This document shows, piece after piece, positions 9,868 to 19,583 of a stretch of DNA of 64,000 bases. The notes under the pieces were generated by a model, which was not told the origin of the DNA, did not search any database, and worked only from the letters and a program-made list of their open reading frames with translations. The translations under genes and the position numbers were made by a program. Source of the DNA: a virus (lineage: Duplodnaviria; Caudoviricetes); the IMG/VR virus record IMGVR_UViG_2740892201_000001, positions 24,422 to 88,421 of that record; one strand, 5' to 3'. Position 1 is the first letter of the stretch, and each line of letters opens with the position of its first letter.

Positions 9868-12407
9868 TGGCTAATCAGTTTCTGACGCAGTGCGAGCAGG
9901 CAGTCAACAAGGCAGCCGGGCGTGAACTGTCTGAGCAGGAAATGGAAACGCTGGTGCGCGACATGGAAAATACCGTGAAGCGTATCCGGGCTGAGAATGA
10001 GGGAATTTCACTGCAGGATGCGGCGCTACGTGCAGCGGAAGAGTTAGGTAATCAGGAAAAGCTGGCAAACGTCATTGAGGCGCGTAACAAGGCAATCAAT
10101 ACCCGGGTGGCAGCTGAGCGACTGGCATTTCTGCGAGACAGCTTCCCGGATCGGCCAGACATTGGGCTGTCAGCTATTCTTGTTGGTCGCAACGAGGCTC
10201 GAACCGGTAGCCGATCATCTGCTTCATCAGAGCAGTTTCAGTTGCGCTCTAAATACCTTTCATGCCTGAACCATGACCTCGAACAGGCTGACGTGCTGAA
10301 GTTCCTTGCGGCCGGCACAAATGATGCTGAGGTTGCGGATGCGATGTGGCGACTGGGTAAGGGTGAGTCTACTACTGGCCTGCGGGCTGAGTCAGTGAAG
10401 ATTGCGGAGATTATCACCAAGTGGCAGGAAGCAGCTCGCATTGACGCGAACAAGGCTGGCGCATGGATTCGCAAAATGCCTGGCTACATTGCCCGTCAGG
10501 GGCATGACATGATGAAAATCCGCGCCGCGGGCTTTGATGCGTGGAAGCAGTCAATCCTGCCACGGCTGGACAATGCCACTTTTGAGGGTGTTACAGACAC
10601 TGATGCTTTTCTGCGAAACGTATATGACGGTCTGGCATCTGGTGTCCATCTGTCCTCCGAAAAGCCTGACTGGATGAAAGGCTTCAAAGGCTCGCAGAAC
10701 GTAGCACGACGTGCCAGTCAGGAGCGCGTGCTGCACTTTAAAGACGGTATTGCATGGCACGAGTACAATCAGCAATACGGTGTTGGCAGCCTGCGTGAGG
10801 CGATATTTGGCGGCCTTGAATCCTCAGCCCGCAACACTGGTCTGATGCGCGTCCTGGGTACAAACCCGGAGAACATGCTTAACTATCTGGCCGACACGGT
10901 TTCTAACGATCTGCGCGGCAATGAAAAAGGCATGCGCGCCTTCACGGATGCGCGCCGAAGCCAGATTAAAAGCCAGATGGCAGAGGTGACCGGCGCAACA
11001 AACATCCCAGGCTCAACTGCGCTTGCCCGCTTTGGCTCAACCACCCGCGCCGTGGATTCAATGATTAAGCTTGGCGGCGCGCTGATTTCATCCTTCAACG
11101 ACCTTGCCAGTAACGCGCTGGAACTCCGCTATCAGGGGAAGAGTTTCCCGCAGGCGCTGACTGAGTCTATTCAGGGGCGACTTAAGCGATACTCTGCACC
11201 TGAGCAGAAGCAGATTCTCAGCTCACTTGGCGTTTACGCCGACTCAATGCGTGATGAAATCCTGCAGCGCTTCTCAGGCGACGTTACTCTTCCCGGCAAG
11301 GTTTCCCGTCTACAGCGCCAGTTCTTCAAGCTCAACGGCCTTAACTGGTGGACAGATGCTTCACGTAACACGACGGCCACGATGATTTCTCACTGGCTGG
11401 CTGACAACGCCGGTTCCGTACACGCATCGCTGAACGGCGATTTAAAGCGCGCCCTTGACCTGCACGGCATTGGTGAGGCTGAGTGGAACGTCTATCGCCA
11501 GATGGATTTGAAAGGCTCTGAAGGCCGCAAATTCATGACGCCTGACGGAATTGATTCAATCCCCGACGACGTCATCGCGAAGTATGTTTCCGATCGCAAT
11601 GTTAACGTGAACGAGAAAAGCCTTCAGGCAGGCCGTGAGCAACTGGCTGATAAGTTACGTGGATATGTGCTCGATCGCGTCATGGTAGCAATGACAGAGC
11701 CTACGGCACGAACCCGCGCACTGATGAAGCAGGGGACGCAACCGGGAACGGTAGAAGGTGAACTGCTTCGCTTTATCGGACAGTACAAATCCTTTACCGC
11801 ATCTTTCATGCAGCAGGCGCTGGGTCGTGAAGTGTTTGGTCGCGGCTACACACCTGCACCGCTGGGTCAGGGGCGATGGGGTAGCGTGCAGAACGCACTG
11901 TTTAAAAGCGGGAAGGGTGAGATGGTTGGGCTGGCTCAGCTTTTCCTGTGGATGACCACGTTCGGATATCTATCCATGCAGACAAAGCTGATGCTGAAGG
12001 GGCAGACGCCACGACCGGCAGATAGCAAAACATTGCTGGCAGCAGCGGCGCAGGGTGGCGGGCTGGGGATATTCGGAGACTTCCTTTTCGGCGAAGCAAA
12101 CCGATTTGGTAATGGTCCGGTAACCTCTCTGGCAGGTCCAGTCGCCGGTAACCTTGATGAGATCGTGACGCTTTTTCAGAAAGCCAGAGCAGGTGACGCT
12201 AAGGCGGGGGATGCCTTCAGATTTAGTGTAGACCACACGCCATTCATCAACCTTTTCTGGGCGCGGCCGGTAATGAACTACCTCATCCTTAATCAGCTGC
12301 AGGAGTCTTTATCTCCCGGCTCCCTGCATCGTTATGAGCAGAACATCAGGAAAAATCAGGGCAACGATTTTCTTGTGCCGCCGTCTCAATTCATGCTCGG
12401 CCGATAA
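9867..12407 (+). CDS. Large internal virion (ejection) protein
   Basis: 846 aa; C-terminal QYKSF...QGGGLGIFGDFLFGE motif typical of epsilon15/BPP-1-type injection proteins. Confidence 0.75.
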   Translation: MANQFLTQCEQAVNKAAGRELSEQEMETLVRDMENTVKRIRAENEGISLQDAALRAAEELGNQEKLANVIEARNKAINTRVAAERLAFLRDSFPDRPDIGLSAILVGRNEARTGSRSSASSEQFQLRSKYLSCLNHDLEQADVLKFLAAGTNDAEVADAMWRLGKGESTTGLRAESVKIAEIITKWQEAARIDANKAGAWIRKMPGYIARQGHDMMKIRAAGFDAWKQSILPRLDNATFEGVTDTDAFLRNVYDGLASGVHLSSEKPDWMKGFKGSQNVARRASQERVLHFKDGIAWHEYNQQYGVGSLREAIFGGLESSARNTGLMRVLGTNPENMLNYLADTVSNDLRGNEKGMRAFTDARRSQIKSQMAEVTGATNIPGSTALARFGSTTRAVDSMIKLGGALISSFNDLASNALELRYQGKSFPQALTESIQGRLKRYSAPEQKQILSSLGVYADSMRDEILQRFSGDVTLPGKVSRLQRQFFKLNGLNWWTDASRNTTATMISHWLADNAGSVHASLNGDLKRALDLHGIGEAEWNVYRQMDLKGSEGRKFMTPDGIDSIPDDVIAKYVSDRNVNVNEKSLQAGREQLADKLRGYVLDRVMVAMTEPTARTRALMKQGTQPGTVEGELLRFIGQYKSFTASFMQQALGREVFGRGYTPAPLGQGRWGSVQNALFKSGKGEMVGLAQLFLWMTTFGYLSMQTKLMLKGQTPRPADSKTLLAAAAQGGGLGIFGDFLFGEANRFGNGPVTSLAGPVAGNLDEIVTLFQKARAGDAKAGDAFRFSVDHTPFINLFWARPVMNYLILNQLQESLSPGSLHRYEQNIRKNQGNDFLVPPSQFMLGR

Positions 12408-12591
12408 GCCTTTTGAAAGCTTCACCAACCCAAACCACAAAAGCCATTGAGTAATAGGCCCATGCGAACATCAGTACCATCGCCGGGCCCACCAGAAACC
12501 CCCACCAGTCCAGATAAGGGATGGAGATAATAGATAGCACCGCCGCCGCAATGGCGGTCATTTCAATGTCGCTTGTCTGAATGTTTCGCAT
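12391..12591 (-). CDS. Small membrane protein (moron), antisense within the structural operon
   Basis: Two hydrophobic segments; GAGGG RBS before ATG; fills the only gap in the late operon. Confidence 0.5.
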   Translation of the reverse strand: MRNIQTSDIEMTAIAAAVLSIISIPYLDWWGFLVGPAMVLMFAWAYYSMAFVVWVGEAFKRLIGRA

Positions 12592-12648
12592 CAACCCTCT
12601 TACCGCAGGATTTACCTGTGGGGATTACACACGCCCGGAGAAAGGCAG

Positions 12649-13494
12649 ATGACAGTCTCATCCACCCAAAGTTACGTGGAGTATAACGCTGACGGGGTCA
12701 CGGCGACATTCACCATTCCCTTTTACTTCCTGCTGAACAGCGACATCTCGGTGATGATTGCAGACTCGGCGGGGAATATCAGCGAGCCGGTTAATGGCAC
12801 TGACTTCACCGTCACTGGCGCGGGAGATAGCGGAGGTGGATCCCTCACTTTCGGCGCTGTCACCGCGACAGAAAACACTATCCTTATTTACCGGAATCCA
12901 CCGGTAACACAGGAAACAAAGTACTACGAGAACGGCAAGTTCCCCGCCTCATCTCATGAGGCTGCACTGGATAAGCTGACAATGCTCATTCAGGAGTTCG
13001 GCTGGCGCTTCGACTCGTTAACCCTGAAGAAACCCAGCTTCTTCGCCGGCTATTACGACGCTCTAAATAACCGCATCAGCAACCTTGCAGACCCCGCTGC
13101 AGAGACAGACGCGGTGCCAAAGCGCTATGTCGACAGCTCTGTCTCAGACTTCAAGAAATACGTAGACGATGAAGTTTCAGCAGAGGCTGCAATCCGTGCT
13201 GCCGCTGATTTGGCTGAAGCTAATGCGCGTGCTGCTGCCGACGCCAATATTCAGGAGCAGCTAACTGGAAACGTTCCTCTCGAATCCAGCGCGTTCTCTC
13301 CTATCTCCTGGCATAAGCAGACGATAGACAACAGCGTAAATATTCCTGCTGGCATGAATGCATGGTCATTCGGGCCCGACATGACCATCTCAGATGGTCA
13401 GCAGGTAGTCATACCTGAAGGCAGCCACTGGACCATTGCAGATGGACAACTGGTTACTGCATCAGCCTCCAACGTCGATTATGGCGAACTCTAA
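12649..13494 (+). CDS. Tail fiber / adaptor with T7 gp17-like N-terminal anchor
   Basis: Y.ADGVT.TF.IPFYFL...E.ALDKLTML.Q N-terminal domain; short (281 aa). Confidence 0.8.
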   Translation: MTVSSTQSYVEYNADGVTATFTIPFYFLLNSDISVMIADSAGNISEPVNGTDFTVTGAGDSGGGSLTFGAVTATENTILIYRNPPVTQETKYYENGKFPASSHEAALDKLTMLIQEFGWRFDSLTLKKPSFFAGYYDALNNRISNLADPAAETDAVPKRYVDSSVSDFKKYVDDEVSAEAAIRAAADLAEANARAAADANIQEQLTGNVPLESSAFSPISWHKQTIDNSVNIPAGMNAWSFGPDMTISDGQQVVIPEGSHWTIADGQLVTASASNVDYGEL

Positions 13495-13503
13495 GGAAAC
13501 CTC

Positions 13504-13788
13504 ATGGCAGCATCACTGCAGTTAAAAGGCGGCACAGCCGCAAAGGTCGCCGCGTATACGCCATTGGCGCGTGAAGTCGTAATCGACACCGACAACTGGC
13601 TGCTGGTTATAGGCGACGGCACCACGGCAGGTGGCAAGCCTCTTACGGTAGCCTCCGCGGCGAAATGGACTACTGGACGGACGTTCTCATTTACAGGTGC
13701 AGCAACTGGATCAGCAACGGGAGTCGATGGTTCAGCGAACGTATCAATTGCGCTGACGCTCGGCGCTGTCGACCTCGGCACCCTGTAA
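13504..13788 (+). CDS. Mtd N-terminal-domain protein (short)
   Basis: LQLKGGTAA..AAYT...REVVIDTD...LVIGDGTTAGGKPL matches the BPP-1 Mtd N-terminus pattern. Confidence 0.75.
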   Translation: MAASLQLKGGTAAKVAAYTPLAREVVIDTDNWLLVIGDGTTAGGKPLTVASAAKWTTGRTFSFTGAATGSATGVDGSANVSIALTLGAVDLGTL

Positions 13789-13797
13789 GGAGGATGA

Positions 13798-14355
13798 ATG
13801 GCAGCCTCTATTCAGGTTAAGCGCGGTACAACCGCAAAGGTCGCAGCATACACGCCACTTGAGGGAGAGCTGGTGCTGGACCTCACAACCAAGAAACTTT
13901 ATGTGGGTGACGGTAGCACGGCGGGAGGAAATCAGATTGTTGCAAGTAAGAAGGGCGTGACTGACGCAACGAGCGCAGCAACAGGTGAAGTTGGTGAAGT
14001 GCTTACAGCCACGACATCAAATACCGCTGTAACGACCGCCACCGCACTAAACGCAACCTCGCTGGTGCTTACTCCTGGTGACTGGGATGTCAGTGGCGTC
14101 ATCCGCTTTGACACAACAATAGCGGCGCTTACTTCGCTGATCGGCGGGTTAAACACCACGTCAGCGACGCAGCCTTCTTTCCCAAACTGCTATCAACTGA
14201 TGAGTACGCTTAACACGGCCACCCAGCAATTTGCGGTTCCTACGCAGCGCATCAACGTATCAGCAAACACAACAATCTATCTGGTGGCATACACCAGCTT
14301 CACTTCGGGAACCGTTACTGTTAACGGGCACATCCGCGCACGCAGGGCGAGGTAA
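13798..14355 (+). CDS. Mtd N-terminal-domain tail protein with C-terminal beta domain
   Basis: IQVKRGTTA..AAYTP.EGELVLD...KLYVGDG.TAGG; paralogous to the upstream ORF. Confidence 0.75.
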   Translation: MAASIQVKRGTTAKVAAYTPLEGELVLDLTTKKLYVGDGSTAGGNQIVASKKGVTDATSAATGEVGEVLTATTSNTAVTTATALNATSLVLTPGDWDVSGVIRFDTTIAALTSLIGGLNTTSATQPSFPNCYQLMSTLNTATQQFAVPTQRINVSANTTIYLVAYTSFTSGTVTVNGHIRARRAR

Positions 14356-14357
14356 TA

Positions 14358-15998
14358 ATGAGTAACTTGCACGTAAACACCTTATGGCCGACTGACAATT
14401 CCTTGTCCGTTGATGTCAAAGACCTCGCTGGACGAATTAAGCGCAGTGTCAACGTTCTGACATATGGCGCCGACCCAACCGGCACATATGACAGCACTGC
14501 AGCTTTCAACCGCGCAGCTGCTGCTTCCGGTGGCGATCTCGTCGAAGTAAGCCCTGATGGCAATGGTAATGCCACTTATAAGGTGCTGAGCGCTACGAAT
14601 TCTGCTGTATGGTCAATTCACCCAGGCGTAACAATTACCGGTAAAAGCAATGCTGGTTCAGCAGGCGGTGGTGTGCCTGACTTTTCCAATCTTACTGGCC
14701 GGGCATTCAACATGTCCCCGGGCGGGCAAATGGGATTGCGTCTTGGCAGCACATCACCATGGCTGACGGCCAGCTTTCGTGACCCAATCGAGTATATTTC
14801 GGAAACTGTGTCAGTTGCCAAATCTGGCGGCTATGGCTTAGTAGGCGCAAGCCGTGCAAGTGATGACCCGGCAGCCAACATGAATACGATCGGCGTCGGC
14901 GCATTCGGTTACAACGACTACGCGACAGCACCTAACCCTGTATGGGCATCGTATATGGAAGGGCGCAGGAACGCCGGGACGGGGCCGCTTTTCGGTCTTG
15001 AGATGGACTTTGTGAACCTGGGTACAGATTTCAAAGAGACGACCGTCAACACCATCGACCCGTACAGTGCAAATTCGCCAGTGATTGGCCTTCGCCTAAG
15101 TGCTGGCGGCGGCGTTGGTGGGAATCCTTGCTCAACAGGCATGGACTTCAGTCCAAACGGAACAACGTGGAATAATGGCATTATGTTCCGCGCTGGCAGC
15201 CTGACTGATGGCAAAGCCATCGGTATGCCTGCCGACTATGCAATTAACTATTACGACGCCACTGGTGCGATCATCGGCGTACGCAATGGCTATGGCAGCT
15301 TCCTGACAGACATCGGTGACGCCAACACAACCTGCGTGACCGACCAGGTTATCCGAAACCGAACCACTGGCAAGACGGCGGATGGAGATTATCTTTATCT
15401 TCTGCAGGCGCGCTATTACCCTGCAAGTGCGTCGGCAATCTCTAACCAGCTGGTCTTCAAGCAGGTCTCCACTTATCGCACCTCTGCAATCCTGACTGCT
15501 AACAACGATACAGCTGTAGCGGTAGGCATCGCGATCAATGAGTTTTCCAACAACAGCGTTGCGCCAAACATTGATGCGTCCCTTTCACTCGGTACAGCGG
15601 CTTATCGGTGGGGGCAGATTTACTCATCCACATCGACTATCAGCACATCGGACGGGAATCTGAAAACTGATATTCGCGACCTGACGGATGTGGAAAAGCG
15701 TGTTGCTTCAAAAGTAAAAGGCCTGATAAAGATGTTCCGCTTTAAGGAAGACAAGGAACAGAAAGGTGAGGACGCCCGAATTCATACCGGCGTAATTGCT
15801 CAGGATGTTATCGCAGCGTTTGAAGGGGAAGGTCTTGATCCTTTCCGGTATGGCATCGTTTGTCTGGATAAGTGGGATGCTATTCCAGAGCAAAGAGACG
15901 ACAAGACCGGAAAGGTAATCAGAGAGGCGAAGGCCGCAGGCGAGCGCTACGGCATTCGTTATGAAGAGCTGATGTGCTTTGTTATTTGCTCGATCTGA
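14358..15998 (+). CDS. Tailspike / receptor-binding protein with C-terminal S74 intramolecular chaperone
   Basis: NVLTYGADPTG.YDSTAAF spike head; TSDGNLKTDI...H.GVIAQDV...YGIRYEEL chaperone. Confidence 0.85.
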   Translation: MSNLHVNTLWPTDNSLSVDVKDLAGRIKRSVNVLTYGADPTGTYDSTAAFNRAAAASGGDLVEVSPDGNGNATYKVLSATNSAVWSIHPGVTITGKSNAGSAGGGVPDFSNLTGRAFNMSPGGQMGLRLGSTSPWLTASFRDPIEYISETVSVAKSGGYGLVGASRASDDPAANMNTIGVGAFGYNDYATAPNPVWASYMEGRRNAGTGPLFGLEMDFVNLGTDFKETTVNTIDPYSANSPVIGLRLSAGGGVGGNPCSTGMDFSPNGTTWNNGIMFRAGSLTDGKAIGMPADYAINYYDATGAIIGVRNGYGSFLTDIGDANTTCVTDQVIRNRTTGKTADGDYLYLLQARYYPASASAISNQLVFKQVSTYRTSAILTANNDTAVAVGIAINEFSNNSVAPNIDASLSLGTAAYRWGQIYSSTSTISTSDGNLKTDIRDLTDVEKRVASKVKGLIKMFRFKEDKEQKGEDARIHTGVIAQDVIAAFEGEGLDPFRYGIVCLDKWDAIPEQRDDKTGKVIREAKAAGERYGIRYEELMCFVICSI

Positions 15999-17250
15999 TA
16001 TCTGGGGAGGCACTGCCTCCCTTTCTATGCAAAATCTCGTTATGCACAGCGCTACATAATGCTATTACAGCGCATATGTGAAGCAAGTATGCAACCCGAA
16101 AATATGAAGCATAAACTGTTGGTGAGAAGCCGATCATTACTACACTGGCCATCCCGCAAGAAATAGCTATTAGCGGAACGGTAGTTCTGTCCAGCCCTCT
16201 AATCAGCAGTGCAGAATTGAACATAATGCATACAGAATAAATCATTGTAAACAACATGTTAGCCCATCCAGAAAGAGATGAGAATTTTTCAGGCCACGGA
16301 TAGAGCAAATCAGGGGAAAGCCAATTAAAGAAAAATCTTGAGAGTCCATGACCAGATAGACTCGTAATCAAAGATAATACCATGTATGTAAATATGACAA
16401 AGCATGAAGCTAAGTGGAGGAATCCTAGTTTCCTGCCCCTGTTTAAATAAATCAGAACTGCAGACAGGCAAAATATTGGTATGTTATATGGCATGCTGTA
16501 AGTGCTGCCAAGCCGGTCAATTCCAAACATAACTTTGGTCAGGATGCTGTATTCTCCGAATCCAGGCATCCATGTAGCTGATTCAGCTGCAAATCGCAAT
16601 GAGTTCCCAGGAGCACTGAACATTATAAGAGAGCATATTGCCAGAACCGATATGTAAATAATTGAATACCAAGAGGGTCTTACTTTTTTCAAAACCAGCA
16701 TCAAGATTGATATTAGCAAAAGAAAAATCGCTGACTGCTCAGAAAAAGATGCGATTAATAATGCTAGTATTGAAAGTGTGGAGTTAATCACTCCTCTCTT
16801 CATGCTGGAGAAAACGCTAAGTGAATATATTGCAAGAGAAAAAGGTATAATATAATTATAGGCGCCAGTTACCCAAAAAAAAGAATCTTCATTGATCATT
16901 CTTGGTGTTAGCAACAAAATCACTGCAGCAGCTATAGTGGTATAAAACCCTACACTATTAGTTGCGAGCTTACTTATAGAGCAAACTAAAACAATGAAAG
17001 ATGTCGGAATGATAATTTTCCAAAAGGTTTCAATTCCTATTGTAGCAGTCAGTAACCCCTCTAAAGTTACTCGTCCGCTCCATGTGTCATATCTATATAA
17101 AAGGAAATCTACCAACCCCCTTGATTCAAGCGCTTTTGAGAAAAACACATCATCATTAGCACCCCTGAGAGAAAGATGCTGGAACATAATCGCGTAGAAA
17201 ATGCAGGCCATTGCAATGACACATAGTAACTTTATTTTACTTGCATTCAT
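15982..17250 (-). CDS. GtrC-like polytopic membrane glycosyltransferase (serotype conversion)
   Basis: Low GC, many hydrophobic segments, NDD..F...RY..WSGR motif; last gene of the gtrAB operon. Confidence 0.75.
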   Translation of the reverse strand: MNASKIKLLCVIAMACIFYAIMFQHLSLRGANDDVFFSKALESRGLVDFLLYRYDTWSGRVTLEGLLTATIGIETFWKIIIPTSFIVLVCSISKLATNSVGFYTTIAAAVILLLTPRMINEDSFFWVTGAYNYIIPFSLAIYSLSVFSSMKRGVINSTLSILALLIASFSEQSAIFLLLISILMLVLKKVRPSWYSIIYISVLAICSLIMFSAPGNSLRFAAESATWMPGFGEYSILTKVMFGIDRLGSTYSMPYNIPIFCLSAVLIYLNRGRKLGFLHLASCFVIFTYMVLSLITSLSGHGLSRFFFNWLSPDLLYPWPEKFSSLSGWANMLFTMIYSVCIMFNSALLIRGLDRTTVPLIAISCGMASVVMIGFSPTVYASYFRVAYLLHICAVIALCSAVHNEILHRKGGSASPDIRSSK

Positions 17251-17683
17251 ACCTGATCCCTCTTGCCTTGACTTTATCTTCATTGATAATCACAGCTATC
17301 TCTCCAGAAAGGCCGCCCAGAAGGCTTATGTTCCTGATTGATGCTTCAAATCCCGATCTGTCATAAACAGAATTGACCTTAAAAAACCTGCTAACATCAG
17401 GCCTGCTCACAATAGAGGATTTTACAACGACCCACTCATCAGATTTATTTTTTCTCGCATATATGACAGCATGATTGTTAGGGTGCTCAGGATTTAAAGC
17501 CCATCCTTTTACCGTCATGAATTTTTCGTTAAAATAGCAGCTATCAATTGATGTGAAATCTTTATTGTCATCAAAGCTTGGAACTTCTACCGTTTTGTAA
17601 CTGTTCCAAGATAGAAATAATAGCGACGATACCATCACGCAGGCTGAAATTAAAAGGGCAAAAGAAATTTTCAGAGCATTCAT
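17237..17683 (-). CDS. Membrane-anchored periplasmic beta-sandwich protein within the gtr operon
   Basis: N-terminal TM segment; V.GWA...RPDV...SGF motif; overlaps gtrB and gtrC. Confidence 0.7.
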   Translation of the reverse strand: MNALKISFALLISACVMVSSLLFLSWNSYKTVEVPSFDDNKDFTSIDSCYFNEKFMTVKGWALNPEHPNNHAVIYARKNKSDEWVVVKSSIVSRPDVSRFFKVNSVYDRSGFEASIRNISLLGGLSGEIAVIINEDKVKARGIRYECK

Positions 17684-18600
17684 TTTTCGTCCCTCTTTAT
17701 AACATACCGGGGTCTTTGTTTCGTCTCGACATAGATTCTTCCGATATACTCGCCAAGAACTCCAATGCCTATGAGTTGCACCCCGCCAAGAAACAGAATA
17801 GATACCAGAATCGAAGGATAACCAGCGACGGGATTCCCCCAGATCAGCTTGTCAGCAATCATCCACACGCCATAAAGAAAAGACAGGGCGGCAACGAAAA
17901 ATCCGATATAGGTCCACATGCGCAGTGGGAAAGTTGAGAAAGAGGTTATCCCCTCTAAGGCCAGGTTCCAAAGTTTCCAGCCATTGAATTTTGTGCTGCC
18001 TGCAACGCGTTCTGCACGGGCATATTCAACGATATCGGTTTTTCCGCCAACCCATGACAGAATTCCCTTCATAAAAAGGTTTCGCTCAGGCAAAAGCTTG
18101 ATGCTCTCAACCACATCGCGTGACATCAGGCGGAAGTCGCCAACGTTCTCTTCAATTTTTGGCGAGCTAATTTTGTTGTGCAGCCTGTAGAACCACTCCG
18201 CAGTCTTGCGCTTCATGTGTCCATCAGTGCTTCTGTCAATCCGCTTAGCCAGGACCATATCGGCCCCTGCCTGCCAGCGCTCAATCAGCTTAGGTATGAC
18301 TTCCAGCGGGTCCTGCAAATCAACGTCAATTGGGATAATGGCATCACCAGTGGCATTTTCGATTCCTGCAAATAGAGCTGCTTCCTTGCCGAAGTTTCTT
18401 GTAAAGAATACGTTTCGGACCAGTGGATCTTCCTCCTGCATATCCTTCATCAGCTGCGCCGTGAAATCGGTGCTGCCGTCATCTACGAAGACAATTTCTA
18501 TTTCATATGGCTTCAGGAATTCTTTATGTCTGACTGCGCTGTAAAAGAACCTTATTGCGTCTTCTTCATTGTAGACAGGAACGACTAACGAAATTTTCAT
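17680..18600 (-). CDS. gtrB: Bactoprenol glucosyltransferase
   Basis: [13 protein letters not shown]...DDGSTD...RNFGKEAAL...DVDLQDP; two C-terminal TM segments. Confidence 0.95.
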   Translation of the reverse strand: MKISLVVPVYNEEDAIRFFYSAVRHKEFLKPYEIEIVFVDDGSTDFTAQLMKDMQEEDPLVRNVFFTRNFGKEAALFAGIENATGDAIIPIDVDLQDPLEVIPKLIERWQAGADMVLAKRIDRSTDGHMKRKTAEWFYRLHNKISSPKIEENVGDFRLMSRDVVESIKLLPERNLFMKGILSWVGGKTDIVEYARAERVAGSTKFNGWKLWNLALEGITSFSTFPLRMWTYIGFFVAALSFLYGVWMIADKLIWGNPVAGYPSILVSILFLGGVQLIGIGVLGEYIGRIYVETKQRPRYVIKRDEK

Positions 18601-18956
18601 TGTTTCTCTCTAAATATTACATATTTCGAATAAAGGAAGCCGCATACAAGACTGATCCCCGAGAATAACACTAACGTTACGATCGGATTTATTTTCAGTT
18701 TATCGCCATATCCACCTACGAGCGTAGCAACCATGCCCATAAAGAATACGTACATCATGTATCGAAAGGTTGTGGCCTCAGCGCTGAAAGTCCATCTAGC
18801 GTTAGCGAAAAAGGAAAACGTGACAGCAACGCAGAATGCGATGAAATTTGACAGAGATTGGGTTTGTCCGTTCTTGATGCAGATAGCAAACACGACCCAA
18901 TGAATCAGCGTGTTGAGAACTCCAATCGTCATGTAGCGGGCAAATAATTTAGCCAT
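18597..18956 (-). CDS. gtrA: Bactoprenol-linked glucose flippase
   Basis: [20 protein letters not shown]...[16 protein letters not shown]; 119 aa. Confidence 0.95.
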   Translation of the reverse strand: MAKLFARYMTIGVLNTLIHWVVFAICIKNGQTQSLSNFIAFCVAVTFSFFANARWTFSAEATTFRYMMYVFFMGMVATLVGGYGDKLKINPIVTLVLFSGISLVCGFLYSKYVIFREKQ

Positions 18957-19037
18957 GTTGACACCTGAAAATTTTGATACGGGATTTTGTCATTGAGATA
19001 GGTGATGATCAAGGAATCGATCATTTGCGTGAGGCAA

Positions 19038-19102
19038 TAAAAAAGCCCGGCGACCGGGCAATGACTCAACCGCGCCTCTCTGAGCAGGCTACGGGGTGGG
19101 TT
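19038..19102 (-). ncRNA. Putative sRNA unit A1 (sigmaS-like promoter)
   Basis: CTACCCT -10 at 19108-19114; terminator GCCCGG-TCG-CCGGGC-T6; homolog at 60652 with compensatory changes. Confidence 0.65.
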
Positions 19103-19146
19103 TTGTCAGGGTAGGTCATCATCACAACAGGAGCCAGGCGGGAGGC

Positions 19147-19300
19147 AAAAAATTACCCACCCCCGAGGCGGGTGGCGGGCATAATTTGTGGTGGAGCCAG
19201 TGACACTCTTTTGAGGCATCTCATGATTGTGACGAGGTTTAAGGCGAGCCAGCCATGCGCCTCTTCAGCCAGCGGTAGGAGCGCGGGCCTGTACACAACA
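19147..19300 (-). ncRNA. Putative ~150-nt sRNA unit B1
   Basis: TTGTAA-16-TACCAT promoter (19328-19333, 19306-19311); GC hairpin plus U tract; 100 bp identical to 61131-61230. Confidence 0.55.
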
Positions 19301-19364
19301 GTCATATGGTAGGGGGCTGAGCTGGTATTACAAGCGTAAGCGGTAACTAATTTGGGGGATGCGC

Positions 19365-19431
19365 AAAAAAAAGCCCACCAGAGGCGGGCAACCATAAATT
19401 TATCAACACATATCAGTGAGGAGAACCTCAC
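19365..19431 (-). ncRNA. Putative sigma28-dependent sRNA unit C1
   Basis: TAAAGTTT-N11-GGCGATAC (19463-19437); 5' hairpin GUGAGG/CCUCAC; AU-rich linker; terminator with U8. Confidence 0.7.
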
Positions 19432-19512
19432 AGCAAGTATCGCCAACCCGAAGAAAAACTTTAGCCTTACGTCTCGTTTTTAATGGTTATCTACTCACCG
19501 ATTTCAGAGCGC

Positions 19513-19583
19513 AAAAAAGCCCGCGTTACGCAGGCATCAATTGGGACAAAAAGGAAAAATCTCAGTATCAGCATCCGCTGACA
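19513..19583 (-). ncRNA. Putative sRNA unit D1
   Basis: TATGGT -10 at 19589-19594; 5' hairpin UGUCAGC/GCUGAUA; pyrimidine-rich linker; terminator; near-identical copy at 61607. Confidence 0.6.

Noticed and set aside
13504-16000. Diversity-generating retroelement suggested by the BPP-1-like genes and Mtd-N domains
   Set aside because: No reverse transcriptase, avd or adenine-variable TR/VR repeat pair is visible in the window.
19153-19446. ORFs 19153-19446 and 61025-61309 sharing TVVYRPALLPLAEEAHGWLALNLV
   Set aside because: The shared peptide only reflects a 100% identical DNA core. Starts and stops differ, there is no RBS, and the ORFs cross terminators and promoters. An RNA unit explains the region better.
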